Shown: one piece after another, positions 1 through 9,819 of the stretch
Layout: each line of letters starts with the position of its first letter
Position numbering within the stretch: the first letter of the stretch is position 1
Source of the DNA: an uncultured Pseudomonadota bacterium
GTDB lineage: Bacteria > Myxococcota_A > Polyangia > Fen-1088
DNA length: 64,000 nt
Direction of reading: 5' to 3'
NCBI GenBank assembly: GCA_963847705.1
Contig: CAWKBC010000017.1
Coordinates: 64,001 to 128,000 of the forward strand
Translations under genes and position numbers: made by a program
The notes under the pieces: model-generated
What the model was told of the DNA's origin: nothing
Seen by the model: only the letters and a program-made list of their open reading frames with translations
Databases searched by the model: none

Positions 1-2
1 CG

Positions 3-230
3 CGTGCCCAGGATCTGACGCCGGTCATCGACGCCATCGAGCGGGCGGCGACCGCGGCCGACCCACGGCTGCGCTGGCCGGTCGGCCCCACCTCGTTTTC
101 GGCCCGGCTGCGCCCCTTCGTACCGGATCGGCTCTACGAATGGATCATGCGGCTCGCGTTTCGGCCACGTGTCCTTCCGGCCAGCGCCAGAATCGATGAC
201 GGAAACGCCGAGATCGGCGCCGATCCGTAG
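3..230 (+). CDS. C-terminal fragment of a probable short-chain dehydrogenase/reductase (5' end outside the window)
   Basis: Manual translation from nt 3 gives RAQDLTPVIDAIERAATAADPRLRWPVGPTSFSARLRPFVPDRLYEWIMRLAF..., which resembles SDR C-termini (V..AI..A....P.LR.PVG). Stop TAG at 228-230. Confidence 0.55.
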   Translation, partial: RAQDLTPVIDAIERAATAADPRLRWPVGPTSFSARLRPFVPDRLYEWIMRLAFRPRVLPASARIDDGNAEIGADP

Positions 231-267
231 CCGCACAGACCCCTCCTTGCGGCTATAATCGAACGTC

Positions 268-1137
268 GTGTCGGACAAGCTCTCGCGCGCGGAGGTCGAC
301 TTCGTTCTGCGCCGGGCGGCCGAGATTGAAACCCAGTCTCCGACGTCGCCCGATCGGACCAGCGCCGAGTCGCTGAGCGTCGGCGAGCTGGTGCGCCTCG
401 GCGAAGAGGCAGGTCTGCGGCGCCCGGCGGTCGAGCAGGCGCTGGCGGAGATGCGGCGAGGGACTCCGATCGAACCGGAGGAGCAGGGGGCGCTCACCCG
501 CGCGCTCGGCGCGAGCCGGGTGATCGTCAGCCGGGTCGTGGAGGCGCCGATCGAGACGGTGCGGCGGGCCGTCGACCGATTCTTGCGCGAGCAGCTGATG
601 ACCGTGCGCCGCCACCATGGCGATCGCGTCGAGTGGGAGCGCGCGCAGGGGCTCTGGCCCGGGCTGGTTCGCTCCCTCGACTTCTCCAGGCGCTACGCCT
701 TTGCGCTGGTCACGCGGGTGGAGACAATTCTCACGCAGGAGGGGGACGACGGCCGCGAGACCGCGGTCACGTTCAACATCGATCTCTCCGACATGCGCCG
801 CGAGCGGTTCGGACAGATGGGGATGCGCGCGGCGATGGCCTTCCTGCTGTTCGGCGTGGGCGGCGCCCTGATGGCGCCCGGCTCGGCGGTTTACGACATC
901 GTCGCGCTGGCGGGCGGCGGCGTGGCGGCCGGCGGCATCTTCGCGCTCGAGCGCCGCCGCTACCTGGAGAGCCGCAGCCGCGTATCGCTGGCGCCCGAGC
1001 GCTTCCTGGATTTCCTCACCCAGCGCCACCGCCGCGTGGCCCTGCCGTCCACCTCACCGTCGTCCCCGGAGCCGTCGCAGCGTTCGGACTCCTCGTCCTC
1101 CCCTGGCTTCGCGACCTCTTCCGACGACGACGAGTAG
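268..1137 (+). CDS. Hypothetical membrane protein (two C-terminal TM helices, Ser-rich tail)
   Basis: 289-aa ORF with GC-typical codon usage, two hydrophobic segments near the C-terminus, and TATAAT at 254-259 just upstream. Confidence 0.75.
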   Translation: MSDKLSRAEVDFVLRRAAEIETQSPTSPDRTSAESLSVGELVRLGEEAGLRRPAVEQALAEMRRGTPIEPEEQGALTRALGASRVIVSRVVEAPIETVRRAVDRFLREQLMTVRRHHGDRVEWERAQGLWPGLVRSLDFSRRYAFALVTRVETILTQEGDDGRETAVTFNIDLSDMRRERFGQMGMRAAMAFLLFGVGGALMAPGSAVYDIVALAGGGVAAGGIFALERRRYLESRSRVSLAPERFLDFLTQRHRRVALPSTSPSSPEPSQRSDSSSSPGFATSSDDDE

Positions 1138-1187
1138 GACGGCGTCCGCCCTGAACGACGGCGAACGACGCGCGGCCCGAGGCCCCG

Positions 1188-2699
1188 CTAAAACGACGGT
1201 GTCGCGAGACCGTCTTCGTCGACGGGGCTCTTGTGCTTGCCGCCGCTGCCGCCGTGGTGGGCCGACGCGTGGTGCTTGCTGGCTTCGCTGGCCGTGGGCG
1301 CCGGCGCGGCGAGTTTTTCGAGGGAGACGTGCAGGGTCCGGTCGGCGTTCGGCTTCGCGCTGAGCGCGACCTCCCGGTAGCCCGCCAGCCGGAAGAGGTA
1401 GGCGGAAGGCTCGGCTCCTTTGGGGACCTGCAGCTCGACGGGGCTCTCCCCCAGGTCTTTCCCTTCCTTCTTGTCGAAGACGTGGGCACCAGAAGGCTCG
1501 GCCTCGAAGCGCAGCGTGACCGTCTTGGCCACGGGAGGCGCGACCGGCGGAGGCGGCGGCGCCACCGGCAGAGGCGCCGGCGCCGGGAGCGCAGCCTGCG
1601 GGAGGCTGGCCGGCTTGTCGTGGCTCCTCGGCACCGCCAGCAGCGCGACCCCCCCGATGGCGGCGACCACGCCGAGCGCGGCCATCAACTTCCAGTTGCG
1701 GCCGCTCGCCGGCGTGAGGGGGTCGTCGATCTCCGAGGAGGCCGACGACAACGTGGTCGAGGTCTTGGGCGAAAGCGTCTGTGTGGGCGAGATCGCAGAG
1801 GCGCGGACGGCCGTCGCGCGCATGGGCGCGGCGGTCAGTTTGATCTCGCCGACCAGCGCCTTGCGGAATTCGTCCATGCTCTGGAACCGATCGCGCGGCT
1901 CCTTCTGCAGCGACTTCATGACCGCCGCGGCCATGTGGGGCGGGGTGTTGGGCGCGAAATCGGTGAGCTGAGGCGCCTCTTCCAGCATGTGCTTGGCGAA
2001 CAGCTCGCCGACGCCTTCAGCCACGAACGGCGGCCGGCCGGCCAGCATCTCGAACAGCATCACGCCGAGCGAGTAGATGTCCGTGCGGTGATCGAGCGTG
2101 CCGGCCCCCTTGCACTGCTCGGGTGACATGTAGAGCGGCGTCCCCATGAGAGACCCGGTGCGCGTCTTCACCGACTGCGCGCCATCCGGCGAGGCCAGGA
2201 TCTTGGCCACGCCGAAGTCGAGGATCTTCACCAGCGGCCCCGCGCCATCGGGCCGGGGGACCATCTGGACGTTGTGGGGCTTGAGATCGCGGTGGACGAT
2301 CCCCTTGGCGTGCGCCGCCCAGAGCGCCTTGCACATCTGCGTGCCGATCGCCTCGACCTCTTCGGGCGTCATCGGTCCCCGGGCGACGGCGTCGCTCAGC
2401 GCCTCGCCCTCCAGGAATTCCATGATGAAGTAGGGCTGGCCGTCGGTGGTCTGGCCGAAATCGAGGATCTCCACGATGTTCGCGTGCGCGATCATGTGGA
2501 TGGCGCGCGCCTCGTTGAAGAACCGCGACACGATGTCCTGATCGCGCGCCAGCGCCACGTGCAGCAGCTTGATGGCCACCTTGCGCCCGATGACCGGGTG
2601 CTGGGCCAGGTAGACGACGCCCATGCCGCCCTCGCCGAGCAATCGGCTGACCCGGTAGTTACCGATGGTCTGGTTAATCAGGCTCCCTGTCGCGCTCAC
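1188..2699 (-). CDS. Membrane-anchored Ser/Thr protein kinase with C-terminal PEGA-like domain
   Basis: LGEGGMGVVY, VAIK, HRDLKPHN, DFG and GTPLYMSPEQ motifs, then a TM helix, Pro-rich linker and EAEPSGAHV...LGESP PEGA-like segment. Confidence 0.95.
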   Translation of the reverse strand: MSATGSLINQTIGNYRVSRLLGEGGMGVVYLAQHPVIGRKVAIKLLHVALARDQDIVSRFFNEARAIHMIAHANIVEILDFGQTTDGQPYFIMEFLEGEALSDAVARGPMTPEEVEAIGTQMCKALWAAHAKGIVHRDLKPHNVQMVPRPDGAGPLVKILDFGVAKILASPDGAQSVKTRTGSLMGTPLYMSPEQCKGAGTLDHRTDIYSLGVMLFEMLAGRPPFVAEGVGELFAKHMLEEAPQLTDFAPNTPPHMAAAVMKSLQKEPRDRFQSMDEFRKALVGEIKLTAAPMRATAVRASAISPTQTLSPKTSTTLSSASSEIDDPLTPASGRNWKLMAALGVVAAIGGVALLAVPRSHDKPASLPQAALPAPAPLPVAPPPPPVAPPVAKTVTLRFEAEPSGAHVFDKKEGKDLGESPVELQVPKGAEPSAYLFRLAGYREVALSAKPNADRTLHVSLEKLAAPAPTASEASKHHASAHHGGSGGKHKSPVDEDGLATPSF

Positions 2700-2761
2700 A
2701 CTCTGGTTCCCCTCAACAAGCTAGACGCACCAAGGCGGCCCCAATTGTAAAACGAACGGGG

Positions 2762-3988
2762 CTAAAAATCGAACTCGGCGGCGATCCCCTGGGCGGTCGC
2801 GGTCGCGGTGGGGAAGATTCGAAGCCCGTGATTTGACGCACTCTGGCTGCCGCCCTGGCTTCCATCAGCCGCCAGGTAGCCCTTGTAAAGGAGGTATCCA
2901 CCGGCCGCCGCGAAGAACCCTCCGACCCCCACGAAGACCCACTGCAGGGCCTCGTCCTTGTTCCCTTGATCGGTCAGGTTGCTGACGGAGCTCTTCTGGG
3001 CTGCGGTGAGCGGTTGCGAGGGGTTCCCCTGGTTGTCGCAGACACCCGTGCTGCAGGTGAAGCGGCGGTACTGGTCGAGCTGGTTGTTGACGTCCCGCAC
3101 GTTCAGGCCGTACTTCACCGCCAGCCCCGCCGAGGCCGCCGTTCCGACCACCGCCACCCAGAACCCGGCGCGGGCCGCCTGATGGCCGTTGCCAGCGCCC
3201 CCGTCGCCTTCGCTGGACGGTCCGCCCTCCAGCTGTGCTCCCGGCACCTCGGCTTGGCCTTGCGGCTTGGGGACCTCGACCGAGACCGGGCTCAGATCCA
3301 GCGTCAGGGGCAAGCTCTGGCCAGCCGCCAGCGTGAACTCCTGCTTGGTGGTCGTGTAGCCACTCTTCTCGACGGAGACCTCGTGTCTTCCCGGCGAGAC
3401 GTCGGAGACGACGACCGGGGCCGTCCCGGTGATGCCGACGCGGGTGCCATCCAGGCTGACCGCGGCGCCCACGAAGTTGGCGCGCACCGTGATCGTCCCG
3501 TTCCCTTTCCCGCTCAGCTTGGCCAGCCAGATCGGCGCCAGCTGCCGCAGCGCGGTCGCGTTGGCGCGCCCGCCGGGGACGGTGTCGGTCGTGAAGCTCT
3601 CGACGACCGCGCGGCTGACGTCCAGCAACTTGAGCGTGACCATGAAGTCGCTGCCGGTCTTCTTGACGTTGCCGAATATCAGCTTGGCCGCCCCCAGGCT
3701 CTTGCCGGCCTGGGAGAGGCAGGCGGGGGCCTCGTCCGAGCAGGCGAAGATCAGCTTCACCTCGACCAGGTCCTTGCCCTGGAGCAGCTGATATTCCTTG
3801 GTGGCGGCCACCCGCTGGCGCAGTGCATCGGTGATGTCGGCCGCCAGCGTGTCAGGCACGCCTTCGAGGGGCTCGAACCCCAGGACTGCCGTGGGGGAGG
3901 CACCTTCGGCCGCGGCCGCGCGGGAGGCTGGCCAAGCCCACGATGAGGCCAGCAGAACAAAGACAGTGCCCAGGCCCCGTGAGCTCAT
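2762..3988 (-). CDS. Exported PEGA-domain protein
   Basis: Signal peptide; PEGA motif (GAAVSLDG..VG.T...VSPGRHEVSVEKSGY); C-terminal hydrophobic segments. Confidence 0.85.
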   Translation of the reverse strand: MSSRGLGTVFVLLASSWAWPASRAAAAEGASPTAVLGFEPLEGVPDTLAADITDALRQRVAATKEYQLLQGKDLVEVKLIFACSDEAPACLSQAGKSLGAAKLIFGNVKKTGSDFMVTLKLLDVSRAVVESFTTDTVPGGRANATALRQLAPIWLAKLSGKGNGTITVRANFVGAAVSLDGTRVGITGTAPVVVSDVSPGRHEVSVEKSGYTTTKQEFTLAAGQSLPLTLDLSPVSVEVPKPQGQAEVPGAQLEGGPSSEGDGGAGNGHQAARAGFWVAVVGTAASAGLAVKYGLNVRDVNNQLDQYRRFTCSTGVCDNQGNPSQPLTAAQKSSVSNLTDQGNKDEALQWVFVGVGGFFAAAGGYLLYKGYLAADGSQGGSQSASNHGLRIFPTATATAQGIAAEFDF

Positions 3989-4114
3989 GCGGGCGCCATT
4001 TTTTCCGCATGCTTACGCGCTGTCAATTGCCGACCGCCACATTTCGGCGCGACCCGGCGGTGATCGCCCTCGCCGAATTTCAGCCGGGGCTGGGGCGTGC
4101 TAGCGTGAATTGGC

Positions 4115-5755
4115 ATGCGGCTGGGCGTTTTCGGCAAGATCGGTCTCGCCTTCGGCGTCCTGCTGCTGGCGTTCGCCGGCTACGCCACCTTCACGCTGCT
4201 CTCGGTGCACCGGGCGCGTCAGGGGGTCGTGGCCAACGAGGCCTACCTGGAGCTGCAAGGGGCGGTCGACGCCGCCTGGAAGTCGGTCAACGACTTCGCC
4301 CCCTCGCTCGGGCGGGCGGGCGACCGGCTCGACCCCAACCTCCCGCTGGCGCTCCGGACCGCCCGCAAGCACATCGACGATGCCGTGGGGGCGATCGATC
4401 GCTACCTGGAGAAGGCCCCCAGCTCCACCCTTCGCGCGGACTTCGATCTGCGCCGGCGCCAGATCGCGGCTCTCGGGCGGCAGCTCGATGCCCTGGCCGT
4501 CGAGCTGGGCGGGGCCGAGGCGTCGGTCGAGCCGCGCGCCCGCTCGGACTTCGAGAGCCACTTCGCGACGCTGGTTCACGGCCTCAACCGGATGCGCCAG
4601 CCGCTGCGCGGTGCCAGCGGGCAGATCGCCCAGCGGCTCTCCGACGACGAGGAGACGGCGCTCTCGGTGGCGATCATGCTGGGGGCGGCCGGGCTGGCGG
4701 TGGCGCTGGCGGTCTTCCTCTTCACGCTCCGGACGCTGCGCCCGCTCGGCGTGTTGCGGCGGCGGGCCCGGCAGGTGGCGGAGGGGGAGTACACCCAGCG
4801 GACCGGCGTGACCTCGCACGACGAGATCGGGGATCTGGCGCGCGAGTTCGACGCCATGGCCGACGCCATTCAAGAGCGCGAGCATCGGTTGATCCGCTCG
4901 GAGCGGCTGGCGACGGTGGGGCGGATGGCGGCGCAGATCGCGCACGAGGTGCGCAACCCGCTGTCGTCGATCGGCCTCAACGCGGAGCTCCTCGGCGACG
5001 AGCTGTCGGCGGACGCCCAGGAGGCGCGCCGGATGGTCGCCTCGATCATCGGCGAGGTGGATCGGCTGACGGAGATCACCGAGACCTATCTGCGGTTCAC
5101 CCGCCTGCCGCGCCCGAAGTTGGAGCGCGAGGATCTGGGGGCCCTGGTCGCCTCGGTCGTGGCGATGGGGCGGGGGGAGATCGTGCAGGAGGGGATCACG
5201 CTCGACGTCGACATCGCGCCGGAGCTGCCGGAGCTGCCCGCCGACGAGGCGCAGCTGCGGCAGGCGCTCATCAACCTGGTGCGCAACGCGCGCGAGGCGC
5301 TGACCTCGGCGCCGACCAAACGGCTCGGGATCTTCGTGGCCAACGACCGTCCGTCGGGGTGCCTCCTGGTCCGGATCTCCGATTCGGGCGCCGGGATCGA
5401 TCAGCATGACCTGGGCAAGATCTTCGATCCGTTCTTCTCGACCAAGGCGCAGGGGACGGGGCTGGGGCTGGCGCTGGTGCAGCAGATCGTCGTCGACCAT
5501 GGCGGTCGGATCGACGTCGACAGCGTGCCGGGACGGGGGACCACCTTCACGCTGGCGTTCCCGGTTCCGGGGGCGTCGTCAGCGGCGGGCGGCGTCGCGG
5601 TGGGCGGCGGCGCGGCTCCGCTCCCCGAGGGTGTCGTAGAGGGAGGCCAGCGTCAGGTGCAGGGCGGCCGGATCGGCCGGCTGGAAGACGAGCGCGTGCT
5701 CGAAGGCCACGGCGGCGGCGGCGCTCTTGCCGGTCGCGGCCAGGGCGCGGCCTAG
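4115..5755 (+). CDS. HAMP-domain sensor histidine kinase
   Basis: Two TM helices, HAMP (DEIGDLAREFDAM), H-box AHEVRNPL, N-box NLVRNA, G-boxes DSGAGI / FFSTK / GTGLGL. The C-terminal tail overlaps the convergent gene. Confidence 0.93.
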   Translation: MRLGVFGKIGLAFGVLLLAFAGYATFTLLSVHRARQGVVANEAYLELQGAVDAAWKSVNDFAPSLGRAGDRLDPNLPLALRTARKHIDDAVGAIDRYLEKAPSSTLRADFDLRRRQIAALGRQLDALAVELGGAEASVEPRARSDFESHFATLVHGLNRMRQPLRGASGQIAQRLSDDEETALSVAIMLGAAGLAVALAVFLFTLRTLRPLGVLRRRARQVAEGEYTQRTGVTSHDEIGDLAREFDAMADAIQEREHRLIRSERLATVGRMAAQIAHEVRNPLSSIGLNAELLGDELSADAQEARRMVASIIGEVDRLTEITETYLRFTRLPRPKLEREDLGALVASVVAMGRGEIVQEGITLDVDIAPELPELPADEAQLRQALINLVRNAREALTSAPTKRLGIFVANDRPSGCLLVRISDSGAGIDQHDLGKIFDPFFSTKAQGTGLGLALVQQIVVDHGGRIDVDSVPGRGTTFTLAFPVPGASSAAGGVAVGGGAAPLPEGVVEGGQRQVQGGRIGRLEDERVLEGHGGGGALAGRGQGAA

Positions 5756-8239
5756 CGCCGCGTGCAGATCGGCGTCGGCCGGGTCGATGAAGATGGCGAT
5801 GGGCCCATACGCGACGACCCGGTCCGGATGCCCGGCCCTGGCCTCACCGAGGACGACCTCCTTGGCGACCGCGTCGTTCATGGGATCGAGCTCGAGCGCC
5901 CCTGCCAGCGCGGCCAGCCGATCGGGCTTGCGCTGCTGGTCGCCGTAGAGCTCGGCCAGGAGGGCGCGAGGTTCGACCCGGGTCGGGACGAAGTCGACCG
6001 CGTGCCGCAGGTGCGCCTCCGCGGCGAGCAGATCCTTGCGGTGGATCTCGGCCAGACCCAACCGGACCTGGACGTCGTAGCCGTCCCGCGGTGTGGGTCC
6101 GAGGCTGAGGAGCCCCTGGAGCGCGGCGATGGCCGCGTCGGCGTCGCGGCGGGCCAGCGCGACCTCGGCGGCCAGAAACAGCGTGTCGGCCTGACCGTCG
6201 ACCGACGGGCGGGGGAGGGCGCGGGCGCGCCCCAGCGCCCGGCGGGCCGCATCGAGATCGCCCGCCGCCAGCGCGGCCATCCCGCGCACGGCCTCGTCGT
6301 GGGCGCCGCCCTGCGCCGCGGTGGCCGGCGTCCCGCGCAGCGACTCGGTCGGAAGGTACTGCGCGTCGTAGCGCGCCAGCTTCTGCGCCAGGTCGGCGCG
6401 GAAGGCGGCGTCGAGGGCCGAGGCCGGCATCCCGGTCACCTCCTCCAGCACCACCGCCCCGCGCTCGCCGCGCCCGTAGGCGACGAGCGCCTTCCGGATG
6501 GCCGCGAAGCCGAACCGCCGCTCGAGAAAATCGACCGCCAGGGCCGCCTGCGCGTAGGCGCGCGTGGCTTCGTCGCCGTTGCGGGCGTTGACGAAGGCGT
6601 TCGACAGATCGGCCAGCGGCGGCAGATCGCCCCGCTTCAGCGCGCCGTAGAGCGGGACGTCGTCGTGCCGGGTCCACTCGGGCCGCAGGCGCGCCGTCTC
6701 GACCTCCGAGAGCCCTTCGGTGAACCAGCGCGGCACCCGCTGGTGCGACAGCTCGATGGCGAACACGTGCGCCAGCTCGTGGGTCAACACCATTCCCCAG
6801 TTGAAGGCATGGTTGGTCGGCGCCTGCGAGGTGATGATCCGCCCGAAGCAGACGCCGGAGACGCCGATGGCCGGCAGGCCCACCGTGCGCACGGCAAAGT
6901 GGCGCGGATCGCCGTAGAGCTCGAAGGTGATCGGCCCCTTCGGCTCGAAGCCGTAGCGGGCCACGTCGGCGCGGTAGCGCTCCTCGAGGAAGGGCGCCAC
7001 CACCTCGGTGATGGCGGTGCGCGCCGCCGGCTCGACCCGGAAGTGGAGGTGCGCGCTCTGCACCGTCACGTAACGGGCGGGGATCACCTTCTCGTAGAGG
7101 TCGAGCAGGTTGTAGGTCCGCAGGTTGTAGGGATCGCGCTTCCAGGCCCGCTGGAGGGTTTCGAGCCCGGCGCTCTCGTCCCCGAGCCGCAGCAAGGTCG
7201 TGGCCAGGACCGAGAGGCAGCCGGCGTCGTCGGGATCGGCGCTGACCCCCTCTGCGGCCACCAGGCGCGCCTCCTCGTAACGCCGCTGGCGCGACAGCGC
7301 GTCCGCCACGAAGGCGAAGAATCCGCCGTCGTGCGGATGCACCGCCAGATCGATCTCGCGGGCGCGCGCGAAGGCCTCCCGATCGTCGAGCAGGAGGGCC
7401 GCGGCCGCCTCGATCCGGGCGGCCCCGGGATCGCGCGGGTTGCTGCGACGGATGGCCTCGACGTCGGCGCGCGCCGCCGCGAAGTCCTCGGCGTCGAGCG
7501 CCAGCTCGGCGCGCAGCGCCAGCCCGCCGGCATGCGCCGGGTTCACCGCCAGCGCCCGCGCGAGCTGGTCGCGCGCCGCCGGCGCGTCGTAGCGATCGTC
7601 GAGCGCGGCCCGCGCCAGCCCGACATGCGCGTCGGGATTGTCGGGATCGACCTTGAGCACCTCGCGGAACGAGGTCTCTGCGTCGGCGGCGTTGTGCTTC
7701 TCGAGCAGCAGCGTCCCCCAGTCGAGGTTGGCACCCACCTCCTTGCGGTCGACGCGGACGGCGTCGCGCAGGACGTCGTTGGCGTCCTTCCAATTTTCGT
7801 CGAGGCGGACGGCGGTGGCGATCGCCCTCAGATCGGCCGGCCTGGTCCGATCGACCTGCCCGCCATTCCAGTCGAGGTAGCTGGCGTCGACGAGCGGCTT
7901 CCAGCCGGCGCGATCGCCGGTCGCTTCGTAGAGGCGCATGAGCGCGTCGCGCAGTGGAAGATCGCCCGGGTGGGCGGCGGCGGCGGTCTCCAGCCGCCGG
8001 CGTGCCTGGGGATAGAGTCCGGTCGCCGATTCGGCGCGCGCACACCGCACCGTCTCGACGAGATCGCCGGGCGCGCGCGCCAGGTGCAGCTGACAGAGGC
8101 GGAGCGCGTCCTGGTAGCGGCCGGCGCGCAGGGCAGCTTCGGTGCCGGCCAGTTCCGGGATCGCGGGGCGTCGCGCCCCGGCCGCGGGGGCCGGCCCGAA
8201 CGCGAGCCCCAGCGCGAGCGCGCATGCCGCCGCCTTCAT
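5579..8239 (-). CDS. Exported TPR-repeat protein with a peptidase MA-like (gluzincin) domain
   Basis: Signal peptide from ATG 8239 (MKAAACALALG), multiple TPR-like repeats, THELAH...PRWFTEGLSE zinc motif. Confidence 0.85.
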   Translation of the reverse strand: MKAAACALALGLAFGPAPAAGARRPAIPELAGTEAALRAGRYQDALRLCQLHLARAPGDLVETVRCARAESATGLYPQARRRLETAAAAHPGDLPLRDALMRLYEATGDRAGWKPLVDASYLDWNGGQVDRTRPADLRAIATAVRLDENWKDANDVLRDAVRVDRKEVGANLDWGTLLLEKHNAADAETSFREVLKVDPDNPDAHVGLARAALDDRYDAPAARDQLARALAVNPAHAGGLALRAELALDAEDFAAARADVEAIRRSNPRDPGAARIEAAAALLLDDREAFARAREIDLAVHPHDGGFFAFVADALSRQRRYEEARLVAAEGVSADPDDAGCLSVLATTLLRLGDESAGLETLQRAWKRDPYNLRTYNLLDLYEKVIPARYVTVQSAHLHFRVEPAARTAITEVVAPFLEERYRADVARYGFEPKGPITFELYGDPRHFAVRTVGLPAIGVSGVCFGRIITSQAPTNHAFNWGMVLTHELAHVFAIELSHQRVPRWFTEGLSEVETARLRPEWTRHDDVPLYGALKRGDLPPLADLSNAFVNARNGDEATRAYAQAALAVDFLERRFGFAAIRKALVAYGRGERGAVVLEEVTGMPASALDAAFRADLAQKLARYDAQYLPTESLRGTPATAAQGGAHDEAVRGMAALAAGDLDAARRALGRARALPRPSVDGQADTLFLAAEVALARRDADAAIAALQGLLSLGPTPRDGYDVQVRLGLAEIHRKDLLAAEAHLRHAVDFVPTRVEPRALLAELYGDQQRKPDRLAALAGALELDPMNDAVAKEVVLGEARAGHPDRVVAYGPIAIFIDPADADLHAALGRALAATGKSAAAAVAFEHALVFQPADPAALHLTLASLYDTLGERSRAAAHRDAARR

Positions 8240-8300
8240 CTGGCGTAGTCTCCCCCACGAGCATGGTACGATCCACAGACACCCACCGACGGAGGCGCCA

Positions 8301-8822
8301 ATGGCGACCGAGGCTGAAGGCAAGACCAAGCAGGTGGACCTCGGCCCCGAGGTCTTCGACGACTACGACGCGTTTCTCAAGCAGGTCATCAAGGACTACT
8401 ACGACCGCGGCTGGAAGAGCCGCCGGGGGACCTTCATCGCGCTGGTGATCGCCTCCGGACAGGCGACGTCGATGGCGGCCGATTCGATCCGCGACGGCAG
8501 CGGTCTCAAGAAGGCCGCGCTGGGGGCCGCCGGCGTGGTCGCGCTGCGGCTCGGCTTGCGCTACGCGCTCTCCGGTCCGCTGGGCGTGATTCTGACCGGC
8601 GCGGCGGCCATGTCGCTCGGCGGCTATCTCCTGAAGAACCGCAAGGAGATCACCGACAAGGTCGGGCTCTGCAAGACGCTCATCGCGGAGACGCGCACCA
8701 AGTTCGAGGAGACCCAGGGCGGCTACCGCGCCGGCCGCTACGACGGGGCCAGCCGCAACCTCATGGTCGACGGCCTGCTCAAGCGCTTCCTGGAAGAGCT
8801 CGACGCCCTCGGCGGAAGTTGA
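8301..8822 (+). CDS. Hypothetical protein with a glycine-rich hydrophobic segment
   Basis: GGAGG at 8291-8295 before ATG 8301; coherent ORF MATEAEGKTKQVDLG... Confidence 0.75.
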   Translation: MATEAEGKTKQVDLGPEVFDDYDAFLKQVIKDYYDRGWKSRRGTFIALVIASGQATSMAADSIRDGSGLKKAALGAAGVVALRLGLRYALSGPLGVILTGAAAMSLGGYLLKNRKEITDKVGLCKTLIAETRTKFEETQGGYRAGRYDGASRNLMVDGLLKRFLEELDALGGS

Positions 8823-8838
8823 TCGACGCGATCTGCTC

Positions 8839-9642
8839 TTATCTGAGCATCAGCGACTTGAGGCCGCCGACTGAAAACCGGACCAGCAGGCTCGAGCGCA
8901 GGACGTTCTGGATCTTGCCGCGGCCGTACTCGGGGTGGGAGATGATCTCCCCGGCCTTGTAACGCTCTCTCGGGTCGAAGAGGCGCACCTCGGTCGAGGC
9001 GGCGACCTCTTCGCCGAGCGCCCGCAGCTCGGCCGCCTTGCGCTTGGCCTCGGGATCGACGGGGCGTCCCCCGCGATCGTCCGTGTCGCCACCGGCGCCG
9101 GTCGCGCTCGCGCCGGTCGCCGTGCGGCGGGCAGCGACGGTTCGATGGGTATGGCGCGAGCCGCAGACCTGGCAGAGAACCTGCTTGGGCTCGTTGCCCA
9201 CCATCGCCACGATGCTGTGGGTGGTGAGCTCGCCGCACCGGCCGCACCAAGATTCGACGTCGGCGCCGACCCCCAGCGCCGCCTTGGGCGCGCCCCGCTC
9301 GTGCGTCCAGGAGACGCCGGTGATCCGGCGGCCCTCCGGAGCGCCGCCGCCGGCCGCCCGATCTGGCGTGCTCCCGGTAGAGGCCCCGGGGACCTTGGGG
9401 AGCAGGGACGCCAGCCGCTTGAGATCGACGACGCGTCGTCCGAGCGCGCGCTCCACGCTCAGCTGCTCTCCCGGCGAGAGAGAGGCGATGAGCGCGCGAT
9501 AGCGCTGCGACAGTCGCTCCACGCCGGCGTGCGCTGCGGCCACCAGATCGCGCTCGTCTTTGCGCTCCTCCGCCAGGTGGACCTGCAACGAGACGTCGGT
9601 GAGCTCGACCTTGAGTTGCTCCAGGGTGGGGGTGTCGTCCAC
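8839..9642 (-). CDS. Hypothetical zinc-ribbon protein (CxxC...CxxC)
   Basis: WCGRC...LCQVC pair and C-terminal HPEYGRG segment. Start uncertain (GTG 9642 chosen; ORF is open to 9720). Confidence 0.7.
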   Translation of the reverse strand: MDDTPTLEQLKVELTDVSLQVHLAEERKDERDLVAAAHAGVERLSQRYRALIASLSPGEQLSVERALGRRVVDLKRLASLLPKVPGASTGSTPDRAAGGGAPEGRRITGVSWTHERGAPKAALGVGADVESWCGRCGELTTHSIVAMVGNEPKQVLCQVCGSRHTHRTVAARRTATGASATGAGGDTDDRGGRPVDPEAKRKAAELRALGEEVAASTEVRLFDPRERYKAGEIISHPEYGRGKIQNVLRSSLLVRFSVGGLKSLMLR

Positions 9643-9728
9643 GGTCGGTCTATTTCTCACGCCCGGAGGCAGACTGCAATGGGGTCCTCCACAGGGTCCC
9701 GGGAACCCGTCGGTGGTCACCGGTGGAC

Positions 9729-9763
9729 GGGGCCGGAGGGGGGGCCGGTGGGGGGGCCGGGGG
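9729..9763 (+). repeat. G-rich tract, GGGG(GGG)CCGG x3, G-quadruplex-capable
   Basis: Four G runs (4, 7, 7, 5 nt) between divergent genes. Confidence 0.6.
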
Positions 9764-9819
9764 AACCCCCTGCCGGGCCGCCTGATGCGAAACTCTCATC
9801 TCGTCGTTATAATAAGGCC

